Below are positions 41,594 through 54,610 of a DNA stretch of 64,000 nt, one piece after another. The notes beneath the pieces are model-generated. The model made no database searches and was not told the DNA's origin. It saw only the letters and a list, made by a program, of their open reading frames with translations. The DNA lies in assembly GCA_051362555.1 (NCBI GenBank), contig CM120645.1:1736001-1800000 (forward strand). The letters run 5' to 3'. Position 1 is the stretch's first letter. Each line of letters begins with the position of its first letter. The position numbers and the translations under genes are program-made. Origin of the DNA: Lingula anatina (taxonomy: Eukaryota > Animalia > Brachiopoda).

Positions 41594-44500
41594 AAAGGCC
41601 CGGATCAAATCTAGTCCCATGCATAAAGAGCCCAGACTCCATGTTTATTACACCCTGGCTGGGCCCATTATTTTTGGTGTCTTTGCATTGTTAACTGCAT
41701 AATGGGCAAGTTAAATGACCAAGTTAATTGACCAAATTAATTGGCCAAGCTGCCAGTTTGTTTGTATGGCATGTGCAGTTGTCTTAGATCAAGGCACAAA
41801 TGAAGCCCACCTTTAATTTAACATTTCTTTAGTGTTTAGCTTTTTATGCATTCCAACCACTGCGGCAAGTGACAACTGGTATATACGACACCCATCTTTC
41901 AAACAGTGTAAATTACAATGCTACATGTCACTTATTTACCAGCCATGATTAAAAATATTATTTCTCCAAATTTTGCTAGAAGATATAAAGTTTAATATTG
42001 AAGTCATCTTCACAAAATATACATTTTATAAGTTTAAATATGGTGGTATAGATATAACAAACACAAATCGTATAGAGTGCCTTACTCTTCCTTGAAAAGG
42101 TAAAAACATGCAGTCCTTTAACCAACAATGAGAGTTCTCACCTGGAACGCAATTTTGTGGATCTGGATCAGAAGAGTTGAACATGTATCCCTCATCACAC
42201 ACACAGACCAGAGGTTCTGGACAAGGTAAACTTTGACCTTCTTCATTGGTAGTATTCTGACAATTTGACACTGTATTGTTATCCACTACCTCACAGCATC
42301 TGGTATTATTACCACACACAACTGGGGGCTTCACTTCAATTTATGAAACAGAAGTCAAGACACGTGAACACAGGGAAATTAATTTAGAACATTATTTTAG
42401 AACTCATAAAATTTAGATCACTGTGCCAAATTTATTGTGTTCGTGGGTTTATACTTTTAACATGAGATACAGTGTACCATACACAACATTGCCTAATTTC
42501 ACCCACTGTGAAGTGTGACGATGGGTATGCGATATCCATTTTGAAACCAGTGAAAATTACTAAGCTACATACCACAAACGTAATCCCATATACGATTACA
42601 AACATTATTCCTAGATACACTGTTATAAGATCAAGAGTTTAAAAACAAGATCACATGCACAAAATACATACAAATTTCAACAAGAATTGAAAGATTTTAA
42701 AATAACAACACTGAGCCCCTGACGAGGGTATTAAAATCACAACGGTAAAATCATAAAGAATTCCTTACTCTAAGTTGAATTGGCAAAAACAAACATGACA
42801 TCAAATGGGTTTTTAAGCACACTTTTTATGTCGAATTATAATTTATTCAAGGAAGGACCAATATTTGAAAAGAAAAGAAATGCATAGTAACTTTTCATCA
42901 AAACCAATATCTCGACTTCAACCTCCCCCCCCCCCTTTCCTAATGGTGGTAGTGGTACCGCACCCATGCAATAAAATCTATAACTGCCAGTTCTCACCTG
43001 GAACGCAATTTTGTGGATCTGGAACAGAAGAGTTGAACATGTATCCCTTTTCACACACACAGACCCGAGGTTCTAGGCAAGGTAAACTTTGACCTTCTTC
43101 ATTGGTAGTATTCTGACAGTTCGACACTGTAGTGTTATCCACTACCTCACAGCATCTGGTATTATTACCACACACAACTGGGGGCCTCACTTCTATTTAT
43201 GAAACAGAAGACAAAACTTGTCAACACAGGGAAATGAATTTATATAGATTTCATTTTGAAACATTATGTCATGATCATTGCATTTCTGTGTGTGTGCTTC
43301 TAAGACGAGGTACAGTGTGCCATATAAAACATTGCCAAAGTCCACCCACTTTGACAAGGACGATGGTCATCCAACATTTTTCCAACCAGTGTAAATTACA
43401 AAGCTACACGCCACCCTTACGTAAACCATGATTAAAATTTTTATTTCGACATTCTGTTATAAGATCTAAAGATTAATAATGAAATCATCTGTACAACATA
43501 TACGTGTTTACAAGTTTAAATAGGGTAGTATCGAACCAACAAACACAAATCATTGAGAGTGCCTTACTCTTCCTTGAAAAGGTTAAAAAAAAAACACAGG
43601 ACTTTAACCAACAATGGGAGTTCTCACCTGGAACGCAATTTTGTGGATCTGGATCAGAAGAGTTGAACATGTATCCCTCTTCACACACACAGACCAGAGG
43701 TTCTGGACAAGGTAAACTTTGACCTTCTTCATTGGTAGTATTCTGGCAGTTTGACACTGTACTGTTATCCACTACTTCACAGCATCTGGTATTATTACCA
43801 CACACAACTGGGGGCCTCACTTCAATTTATGAAACAAAAGTCAAAACTCATGAATAATTTTATAGCATTATTTTAGAACCCATTATATTTTAGAACATTG
43901 TGCCAAATTGATGTTTTTGTGTTAATGTTTCTCACATGAGATACAGTGTACCGGCCGTACACAGCAATGCCAAATTCCACCCACTGCGACGTGTGACGAC
44001 TGGTATAAAACACCTGTTTTCCAACCAGTCAAGTACTACATGCCACGTGTACACAAACCATATATAATTACAAATATTATTCTTTTATCTTATTAGTTAA
44101 AAAGTTTTAAAAATTAGTCACCTGCATGAAGTAAAAGAGTTAAAAAGAACACAGACCCCCTGACGATAGCATTTTGAAATCGTTTAAACAAAATCTTAAA
44201 AGTGTTCTTTGCTCTTCCAGGATTCAAGCACATAACTTTTTATCGAACTTCAGAACCAGTACTGTGTATCTCGGCTTCAACCCCTTCTGTTTCCCCTAGT
44301 TACTTATACTAATTACCGTACCGCTGCAATAAAGTCTTTAAGTACCATTTCTCACCTGGAACGCAACTTTTGGAACCTGGATCAGAGGTGTTCAACCTGT
44401 ATCCCTCATTACACACACAGGACCATTTATGCGGGCAAGGTAAACTTTTTTCAATGATATTATTCTTGCAGTAGATCAAGTGTCTTTTAACTCTACAGCA

Positions 44501-45052
44501 CTTGGAGTTCTCCCCACACACGGGTCTTGGCGAAGGTTTTTTACACCCCTTGCCTTGACTACCGCACTCTTGGCAGCGTATACGTGAGAAGGCGAGGTGC
44601 GATGGCTTAGCGTGCCCGCTGCCGTGTTTGCGTGGATGCCCAGGACATGCTCGGGTTATGCAGAAACGACTGTGCCTTGTACGCCCTAAATGTAAATTCA
44701 AGATTTTACAAAGAGTAAAACAGCTTAGACCTATATCATTTTTTGTCTAATTTGTCGAAAAACCTGCATTAAAAAAACGTTTTTGAATTATTACAAGATA
44801 TGATAAAAAGCATGTCATAATGTCCGACCTCGCTTGTAAGTAACGTAAAGCATAATGCTGATGAAACAGGGCCCGATCAAATAAAGTTTGACCAGTCATG
44901 GTAATTTGAAAAAAAGAAACTAGCATCTATCTTTATAATACTTGATGGTGAATTACAAAAGCCGTAATTTAGCACTTACGAATTCTGGCGAGCGCATACA
45001 GTGCAACCAAAACCAAAATCAGACAAAGGAGCAATGTCCTGTACATCTTCAT
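34790..45052 (-). CDS. Secreted Cys-rich repeat protein with PPC-like C-terminal domain, copy 3 (complete model)
   Basis: Signal exon 45052-44980. Basic exon 44685-44356. Nine repeat exons: 43819-43628, 43189-42998, 42333-42142, 41279-41088, 40658-40467, 40011-39820, 39386-39195, 38698-38507, 37763-37587. Micro-exons 37096-37082 and 36360-36340. Terminal exon 35181-34790. Frame is open throughout. Confidence 0.8.
35679..35875. mobile_element. MITE with ~35-bp TIRs
   Basis: CCCCTTTTACACTAGACGGCGTCCTTTCTGCGTCC at the left end and its near-perfect reverse complement at the right end. Confidence 0.8.
36421..36668. mobile_element. Tc1/mariner-type MITE (TA target duplication)
   Basis: TIR CACACACTGGACAA.AG.AGTGTCACCCC with TA on both sides. 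The TA-rich site is empty in unit 2 (~16455). Confidence 0.8.
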
Positions 45053-46481
45053 CTTCAAACGGTAGTCTGGGCGACTGGCTGATTTACTGGCCCACGGTGA
45101 CTACGGCAGTATGTGGGTCCGATGAAACGCTCAATGAACTGAAACCTTAACAGCTTTCTTTTTATAGAGCATTTCTTGGTTGACAAGTTTTAGTCAATCA
45201 TTTGTTAGGGAAGGCACAGTTGTTCTATCCCCTACCAGGGCCGCGGGTTAAATATGTGCATTTTTCATTTAGCGCGAGAATCGTGTCATAAATAAGCCTG
45301 AGACATGTTTGTGAATAGAGAAAAAAATATCTGTGGCCCTGTTTGAGGGTAAATTTGCTCACTGCTAAAAATATTATGTATTTTTTTTTTTTTTTTTTGG
45401 GGGGGGGGGGGGGGGGGTGCAGGAATATGTATATATTTTCCGCGATCGGCGCTTCGAAGAATAGGATAATTACACTCGTTTTTCACCAACACGCTGGCCT
45501 GTATTTCGGGTATTTTAATACGCATTGGTGCGTTCCGAGCGAAATACAAGCCAGCGCAATTATCCTTTTGTTCGAAGCGTGCAGCCGTGAGATAAGTCAG
45601 TTACAACTACTCATCGTCTATACTGTATTGGACATTCGAGGGAAAATTGTCTCCGCTTTGCCCCTAACAAACGTGTGCGAAGACCGACGCACGCACGCAC
45701 GGGCGAACTGTACAAACGACCCACCCCCCCCCCCCCAAAAAAAAAAAAAAAAAAAAGAAAGTTTTGTGAAGGTTTCTATTAGGGTTATTATTTGATGACT
45801 GCCTCGGATACGATATTTATTTCCTTTGTTGCACTTCAGGGACGGAATGAAATTCAAAACATTATTCCCCTTCACTGCTTTTATTTTAATTATATTTCTT
45901 GAAAAAAAAATTATTCATTCGTAATTTGCCCACGATGTATAAAATATTTTTCATTTTAGATTTGGAGGTATAGAAACTGAGAAGAGGCACAGTGAAGGCC
46001 GGGGACTAACAGTTATATTGTAGGTACTTTCACAACTTTTAAAATATGACTAATAGGGAATTTGATAGGCCACGCCTTCATACCCTTGCAGGGGGGAGGG
46101 GGGGGGATGAGGGAGTGCAGACTGCGATTTCTATCATTTTTCTTGGATCACAAGCCCCATGTGTACGATTATTTCCTTCTTCCTCCGGCACCCCTGCACA
46201 TATAATAGACACAGATCTCACCATTTATCTTGAATTCCTAGAAATTTGACAGCGATGTGAAAGGGATCATATAAACGGGATATGACTGCTTGATCTAGCT
46301 GTAAATAATCCCATGCTTCTTGGGCTTATGAAAAGGGCATACATGTAACTGAATAAAAATAAAGCAAGGAAAGAAAATAAAATGCTCAATGAACACTAGC
46401 TAAATGTGTGTACAAATATCAGTCGATTAAACAATAGAGGAGAGCACAGTCATACACGTGTACGCGCCTCCCTTAACTTAA

Positions 46482-46772
46482 GTGGCGGATCTAGAGGGGG
46501 GGGGGTAATGGGGGGTTCTGGTCCCCTCTTGGAATTAGAATTTTAATTTACTAGCTGAATCATAGTTCTAAACCGTACCAAATGGCACAGTTCCCCCTCT
46601 AAAAAACCAATTTTTTCGGGGCCCGCTGGAGGGCCCGAACTCTGTCTCCCTGGAAGAAGGTACGCCAAGTGTGTGTGTGTGTGTGTGGGTGGGGGTGGGG
46701 GTGGGGGGGGCTGGAGGAGTCGGCCTAGCAACCGTGGACCCCCCTTCAAATAATCCTGGATCCGACCCTGAT
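46482..46772. mobile_element. GC-rich short repeat insertion(s) with GGCGGATCT/GGATCCGACCCTG ends
   Basis: Absent from the homologous sites in units 1 and 2 (~5875, ~28605). Ends resemble the element at 5490-5658. Confidence 0.5.
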
Positions 46773-47604
46773 CCCCCCCCCCCCCCCCCCCCCCCCAACA
46801 CACACACACCAAATAGACAAAAATAAATAAAAGTTTAACGGGTGAAGCAAGACAAAACCAAGGTTTTATCCATCCCTGTGAACAACAGAATGTCCCCCTC
46901 TCCGGCAAAAAAAAAAGATAAACAAAAGATTAGAACGTATACCTATACTCCAAAGGTTGTTGGAAAGATCGGGCGAAATTAGAATTCAAAACAGAATACC
47001 CTCTCACTGCTTTAATTTTTATCTTATTTCTTTACAACAGGGGGAGGAAGGAGTGGGGAGAGCGCTCAAACAAAAGGTGCCCCTCTCAGGATCTGATCCC
47101 TTTTCAGTAGATAAAATAAGCCTACACGTTTAAATACCTATGTACTGATTAAGTGCAATATGACGTCTAAACAACAGGCCAATCAGATAACATAAAGTCA
47201 CGTTAAACAGAGGCCCGTTGAACTGTTCTATTTTTAGGTACACGTGCTTTATCTATTTTTAGCACTCCGCCTCATGGTGTATATATTCTTTCTCGCGCCA
47301 GGTTATATATAATTTAATATCATGTAAGCACACATTTTAACTACCTGGTTCCTAATTATTCTGATTACATTTTGAGCTACATGCAGCTCTTAAAAGGGAC
47401 GATTTATAAACAGTTGTTCTTCAAATACATCGATAACGCTCAAAATCTTGAAAAGAGATTAGCTCAGTTTCTTGCCGAAGGATTAATTCGTCGAAATAAG
47501 GTAGGAAATACTCTTTACATTCTTCAGATTTTTAAAATCTCCGTTTGAAGTGTTATTGTGTACATAAGTAAATAATAAACAATGAGCCTCGTATGAAGCT
47601 AGTG

Positions 47605-47739
47605 ATTGGTATCCCAGCATGCATCAGTGACGTCAATGCCACAGACCCCTCTAGCAAGAATTGAGGTGTGGCTACCATTGTGCTGTATTTGAATTGGATA
47701 TTCTTCCTGCATCATCATAGGTATAATTTAGGGGTAAGT
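47605..47739 (+). promoter_or_regulatory. Probable RhoA promoter and non-coding first exon
   Basis: Inverted CCAAT (ATTGG 47605-47609), perfect CRE TGACGTCA (47628-47635) and a strong donor GGG|GTAAGT (47734-47739). The coding exon has an acceptor 11 nt before its ATG, so an upstream UTR exon is required. Confidence 0.55.
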
Positions 47740-48559
47740 AACGGCGAGAAGGATATGTTTGATACATGTTTCAAAGTGAATAACATTCTGAGAGTGTCTG
47801 TTCAAAGCGGGAGTTGATCTGATATATGCAAATGGCTGTCTGACCGTTGGGAGTTCAATGGTTGCCGGCTCGGCGAGTTTCAGTTATTTGGAGATATAAA
47901 ATCCCTGAAGTATTACTTTGCTCCAAGATTCTGAATTTTGCTACCCGGCGTGACATTAATGCGTCAGCGCTATGGTCTTAAAGTTGGCAAAATCAACATT
48001 TATTCAAGCTGCCCTGTTGAAATTCCATTGCGGTAGCCATTTTGAAATGACATCATCAGCTGACTGACTTCTCTTGGGGAGGGGTTCACTTCAGGATCAG
48101 AATTGGGAGGGAAACGCTGATTTCGACGTCAGTTCTCTCTATAATTACCAGATTCTATGGTTGTATTGTCTGCGGTGTATAAGTCACGCTGCCAAAAGGT
48201 AATTACTGGGCAAAGTCGGATTGTTAATTTAGGAAGTGTATTGTTTGCGTTTTGGGTCATGTCACCACACCCGATAGTAGGCCAGTGAGTCATTATATTT
48301 TATTATAAACTTAAAATTGAAGGGAACATTCCAGAGGTAAGTTCATACTGAACTCGGATCAGTAATTTTTGATATTACTACTAAAGCATTGGTAATCGCT
48401 TGGTCTTGACAGAAGTTTGAAGGTAAGGTTGGTTTTATAAGAGAAAGTGTTCCTTATTCCTCTTGAGACGTTTGATAGTGAATCATAGTGATGATGATGT
48501 TGATATGCGCAAATGTAGTCTTTTTTCTTGTGATTTTAGTTCATATTGAAAACCATTGA

Positions 48560-48916
<357 letters not shown>

Positions 48917-50431
48917 TGACACTAGTTGAGTGGGATTTGTTCAGTCTGACTGGTTGATAAACCAGGAAGAAGGGGAAGGTTTGGGAGGGGGTTACTATAC
49001 TGATAAAGGACACCTTATCATAACATTATCATTGTGTTAGTCACAGTTCAAGTCATTTTGGGGCTTTGTTATTATTCAAGGGTTATTAATGTGCAAAACA
49101 AAGTATGTACTTCAGGTACTGTTTTTTTTTTTCTTTTTTTAAAACTATATTTGGCTGTGAAGATCAAACACACTTGCCAAATGTTAATTTACTCTAGGGT
49201 CAAAGTATGTGTCCATGTGATATATATCAGTAAATAGTGATATAAGAGTGAAATGTTAGTCCTTCTTCTTTAAAGAGGTCAAGCCCTTCTGCAGTGGTTT
49301 CTAAATGCTGCATACAAGACTTATCAGTTTCTTAACACATCTTCTTTGATGTCCTCAATGGCTGAGCAGGTGGCGTGACTTACGTTTATTTTACTCGAAA
49401 CTTGTACGCCCTATTTCATAAGTGATACATGACAGCGAAAGAGCTTTGTAAAGTTCATGTAGACGGGTGTTGGAGAGAGAGCTGCGAGTGCACCGCGAAA
49501 GCCGAGTCCGAGTCTTAAGCTATAACGGTGAGTTGAATGTCACAGTGTTTTGCATGTTTTTTAGGTAGTGGAAGAGCCTTGTGTGTTTTCTGGGATTGGT
49601 TGGGAAGTTGGTCAACTGTGTGAGTGTGTGTGTGGTCTAGTGAGCCCATTGATGCTTGTCGCTTTAGCTGTTTTATTATCATCATTTTTTTAAAATTCGT
49701 ACGCTGCCTATTGCATCATTCCACCTTGATAAGAATTTCACCCTCATATGAAAACATCCTATACGGCTTACGCAGAGATAAATGGTCTTGTAAAGCCAAT
49801 ATGTAGAGCAGCAATAGCAAGTTCAAAATGTGGACTGCATAGTGGTTTTACAACAGAGTCATGGAAATTGGTAGTCCTGCTTGCATGGGTGTGATTTATG
49901 AGCTATGCTTAAATTTTTATGGAATTTCATCCCAGATTTTGTGCAGGAAACCCATACAATCAATCAATCAGTTTGATTTCACCATTTGCATGAGGACTTC
50001 TGCTGTTATTGTTCAGTTATCCTGTGCTATTTTGCCTGACTTTCAGTATTTGTTGCTTGGTATTAGTCTCATTGCATGTTGCCCACTTGCATGTTATATG
50101 TGGAAGTTTCAGAGAAAAAAAAAAAGTTTTGTGTTTAAAGTGATTGTAAACACAAATCAGATGCCTGTCTGTTTCTGTTCTCAAGTGAAATGTTTCAATA
50201 TGATTATTTAATCTGCATGCTTTGTTCTTAGAAGATGTATTGTTGATTTACTGTTGAATTTGACGTTATGTAGTGGAATTAGATTTAGATGCTTCAGAAC
50301 AGAATTTGCAGTCAGTTTACAACCACAATTTTTAACTACACTCAAGTTGCCTGCATAGTAGGTAGTAATTAGCACACTATTTATGAAGATCAAAAAGAAA
50401 TGGAAAAAAAATAGATGTTGCAGTTAAATGT

Positions 50432-50603
50432 CTGGGGTAGTGCTAACACTCGTCAATTTAGCCAAATGCTAAAACTGACTCTAATTGGCTAAACAAAAAA
50501 GGTTGATTTGACTTGTTTAAGTCAAATTTAAACCATTTGGAGAAATAAGTGTTGAAAAAGTAGTAATTTGGCTAAACGAAAATAATTGCTAGCACCACCC
50601 CAG
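50432..50603. mobile_element. MITE (CTGGGGTAGTGCTA termini) in the RhoA intron
   Basis: TIRs CTGGGGTAGTGCTAACA / TGCTAGCACCACCCCAG. A second, inverted copy lies at 58964-59136. Confidence 0.7.
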
Positions 50604-50863
50604 AATGTACTACACAAGCTTGATCACGATGGCATGTTCGTATTGTCGTACTGTCCCCTTGATTAGTGTACAAATGATCATGAAGTTCTGCAGAACTTGG
50701 CTAGGATGGCCTGGTTTGAAGGAACAATGGCTCTGGTAGCTACATGAAATATAATATAGATCTGCATTAAATCATTCAGAAAATTACTCTGAAATAGATA
50801 TTTACATTGTGTAGAACGCTTTCACCTCACAAAGATAGTCAAAGGATTTCTTTTTTCTTTCAG

Positions 50864-51289
50864 GTTGAGTTAGCTCTTTGGGATACAGCTGGACAGGAAG
50901 ATTACGACCGCCTTCGACCACTCTCGTATCCAGACACAGACGTCATTCTGATGTGTTTCTCTATCGACAGTCCAGACAGTTTAGAAAATATCCCTGAGAA
51001 GTGGACGCCGGAGGTGAAGCACTTCTGTCCCAACGTCCCAATCATCCTAGTAGGCAACAAGAAAGATCTGCGGAATGATGCTACAACTCAGCGTGAGCTA
51101 CAGAAACTAAAACAAGAGCCTGTGCGGACAGAGGAGGGTCGAGCAATGGCGGAAAAGATTGGTGCTTTTGCATACCTAGAATGCTCGGCAAAGACAAAAG
51201 ATTGCGTTCGTGACGTTTTTGAGACAGCCACACGTGCTGCTTTACAAGTATCAAAAAAGAAGAAGCGCAGGATCTGTAAATTCCTGTAA
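50864..51289 (+). CDS. RHOA: RhoA alternative terminal exon A (193-aa product ending [11 protein letters not shown])
   Basis: Polypyrimidine + CAG acceptor, phase 0, [12 protein letters not shown] to stop. AATAAA at 52285-52290. Confidence 0.92.
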   Translation, partial: VELALWDTAGQEDYDRLRPLSYPDTDVILMCFSIDSPDSLENIPEKWTPEVKHFCPNVPIILVGNKKDLRNDATTQRELQKLKQEPVRTEEGRAMAEKIGAFAYLECSAKTKDCVRDVFETATRAALQVSKKKKRRICKFL

Positions 51290-54187
51290 TGTTGAAATGT
51301 GAGGGGGGAAAAAGCATTGCTAAACTAGAGATAGAAAAATAAATGATTTGTTTTCCTGTGGATGGTATCTGTGTGGAGATGAAAGTCTGTGAAATTATTT
51401 TTGTAAATCTTTTATCACTTTTTTTCCTTCAGTACTTCAGTTGTGTGTTTAAACTTTAATTCTGAGGACCTGAAACTTAGCTGGAATATGTCACGCTGTG
51501 CCCAGGCTCAGGTTTTGGCCCACTATGTCCTTGTGTTTTGTATATACTTTGGTTTGTGTTTATTTTGAGAAGAATATGCTGTTTGAACATAGGTGCTGAA
51601 AGAATAGATGAACAAACAATTATATGTACGTTAGTGTAGTTTTATAATTTTTAATTCACCATAGTCCCAAGTTAAAAGTGGATGGCATGGTCTTCACTTA
51701 TGAAAAAATAATGATAGAGAAAACTGACTCCACAGGACTGTGGGTATGTATGTGATCCCTTGCACAGAATGCGGTGTTTATTAAAGTTGGCAGTGTACAG
51801 TACTACTACTTGGTAACCAGTAGAATGAACAGCTTATAGGGTCAAATTATCCTAATTTCACGAAGGTCGTAGAGTTCAGCTTGGCTTTGTCATCTAGTTG
51901 GTATGCTGTTTTACTTGCACCTTTGATGAACATTTTATGTAAAAACCTGGTACATTGTGTAGAGCAATGGCAAACCATGAAGTTTGATAGTTGCCCAAAT
52001 GTAACCAAGTATTTGAGTGTCTGCCTATCGCATTACTACAGGAAGATGTGGCTGTTAAGGGGCATTGAACTGTAAGTCCTCCGCGATCATTCTTCGGGCA
52101 TATTTGGGAATCAGCATGATCTGGCCACTGCAGAGCAGTTGCAGATAGTGAAAACTGAAGCTTTCTTTGAATGTATGAAAGTGTATAAAATAAAGAATAT
52201 GTTAGTGCCACTCACTGTTATATACTAAATGATCTGTGTTTAGTCTTGAACTGAATTTATATGTGTGTGTAGTAGTATATAGACAATAAATGAAGTTGTA
52301 AACATTCTAGTTCTGCTTTTGACAAATTTCGTTTCCACTGGAAATTCTTTTACTCTTGAAAACATCCCATGGTGCTGTTTGTGGTTTTGATCTGGGGGAT
52401 TAAAAACTTGCTGAAAGATGTAACATCTTAACTTCCCTTATGTGTAAGGGGAAACAAATCCCCAAGTCTGGAAAATCTTCAGGTTATTTTTTTCAGCAAT
52501 GAAAATGCCCCCCCCCCATCCCCAAACATGGCTAACCCTCTATATATCTGATATTGAAGTGGAGCCGCTCTGCATTTTTTCACTTCTCTCATATTTTCTC
52601 AAAGCAGGCTTGAGGCTGATTTTTATGCTCAAGTGTGTGTATATTTCAAGTGACTTGGACGGGTGTAAAACCTGATCGTATGTCACATCTGGCAATAACT
52701 TAATGAAAACTGCTGCTTGAAATGGTGGAAGAGGCTCCCAGACCTGCTGTGTAAACTGACTCAGGGTGGTGGTGGGACACTGTCTACTGGTGAGTGGAGC
52801 TCTAACTCTAAGCATGCATAGACCTTGTACCTACGTGTCTAGTTTGTCCCCTGACCTTGCCAATCCCCCCCCCCCCCATTATTTACCATCACAATAGGCT
52901 CACTTGGTGAACTCTGCAAAAAAGGAGCATGCTTAATATTTCTTTAATTATTTCTTATTTCTTTGCATGAGAGTGGTTATGGGCTCTTCATCACCCTCCT
53001 TGTTTATCTGGAACCAAAGTTGATGGAGGTGGAGGTGAAATATTGCACAAGATTTCCTCTTTTGAACCAGTTAAATTAATATGACCTGGATAATGAACTT
53101 TTCATAAAATGAGCTCTCTTCAGGGATAAGATTTTTCTTACTATTGGCAGATTTCTGGGAACCAAAGATGTCAGTTTTGACATCCATGCCGATCTGCAAT
53201 ACAAACTTGGGGGGGGGGGGGGGTATTTGGTAGGTCTGGACCCCACCCCACCTTTACTGACTTTTTATGAAATGGCAGTTTCAACCCTGAATAGTTAAGA
53301 GTCCTGTGGGAGGGGGGGGGGGGGGTCTGGCATAGTGGATCCATTTTTTTTTCAGGGACAAACCTGCATTTAAGTTCCATGTATGATGATTTCCACTTCC
53401 TTGTTAATTTTTTCTGTGGTCAGAAGTTCAGCCATGTGGAAAGCAAATTATATATCAATAAAGTGGGGAACTTCAAGACAAAATTACCAATGTTATGAAT
53501 ATAAAGAAATTGGAAGGAGGTTGTGACCATGAAATTGCCACAGGAAATTTTTCATCATTGGTTTTTTATTTTTCATTCGTATATTTATTTGTAGTGTGGA
53601 TAATTGCAAGTTTGGAGTTAGTCCCCACGTGTGATGGGTGTTGTCTCCCTTCCACATACATATGCTGTTAACCCCTTACCTTCAGGATACTGTAAGGGCC
53701 CATTTACAGGTCAACTGTGCCTGTGTGACTTAGTACTTCCTTGGGTTATGTGAATACAACATCTAACCTCTCCCCTTCCCTCCTTGGTGTTGTAGTAAGC
53801 AGCTCTTACTGCTGGAGAGAAGGTGTTGATGGATTAGATTGACTAATAGATGTTTTGTTTAGATATTGTTATCACATGGAAGCTGAACTGACACATTAAA
53901 AAGACCCAATCTGCCTTGATGCCACTTTCACTCTGCTTGTGACACAATTACTCCGGTTTGTTTCACTCTGACCAGTTTTGCACTCCATTGTCCTCTATTT
54001 AAACTGCCATGTTACCATGTTTCTTTTTTTTTTCCTTTTCACGTTTTGGAATCCTTTGCTGCATGGTTTTGTTTTATGCCAGCTATCCCAACCTGAATGT
54101 GACCTCTGATGTATTTGGCATGGTATTAATGGACAAGCACTTTTATAGCAAGTAGCATGTGCACTCAACATTTTACTTCTCTTTCAG

Positions 54188-54610
54188 GTTGAGTTAGCTC
54201 TTTGGGATACAGCTGGGCAGGAGGATTATGACCGCCTTCGACCACTCTCATATCCAGACACAGACGTCATTCTGATGTGTTTCTCCATCGACAGTCCAGA
54301 CAGTTTAGAAAACATCCCTGAGAAGTGGACGCCGGAGGTGAAGCACTTCTGTCCCAACGTCCCAATCATCCTAGTAGGCAACAAGAAGGATCTACGAAAT
54401 GATGCCAACACGATAAAAGAATTGGGCAAAATGAAGCAGGAGCCAGTGAGGCCAGAGGAGGGGCGAGCAATGGCGGAAAAGATTAGTGCTTACGCATACC
54501 TGGAGTGCTCTGCAAAGACTAAAGAGGGAGTGAGAGAGGTATTTGAAACAGCCACACGTGCTGCTCTTCAAACGAAAAAGAAGAAGAAAAAGGGATGCCT
54601 CATCTTGTGA
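54188..54610 (+). CDS. RHOA: RhoA alternative terminal exon B (192-aa product ending [11 protein letters not shown])
   Basis: TTCTCTTTCAG acceptor, intact frame, no N-terminal Rho exon seen between A and B. AATAAA at 56565-56570. Confidence 0.92.
   Translation, partial: VELALWDTAGQEDYDRLRPLSYPDTDVILMCFSIDSPDSLENIPEKWTPEVKHFCPNVPIILVGNKKDLRNDANTIKELGKMKQEPVRPEEGRAMAEKISAYAYLECSAKTKEGVREVFETATRAALQTKKKKKKGCLIL

Larger units (their letters stand above)
29183..47179. repeat. Segmental tandem duplication, unit 3 (~18.0 kb)
   Basis: Collinear with unit 2. After ...ACAACAGGC it continues as CAATCAGAT into unique sequence upstream of RhoA rather than TAAGG. Confidence 0.9.

Noticed and set aside
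18283-43820. Regularly spaced repeats as a CRISPR-like array, or as many small stand-alone 'MRPPVVCG' genes
   Set aside because: The repeats are 180-192 nt coding exons with GT-AG boundaries. The ORF-track 'M' is a GTG overlapping the splice acceptor, and the ORF tails are intron read-through.
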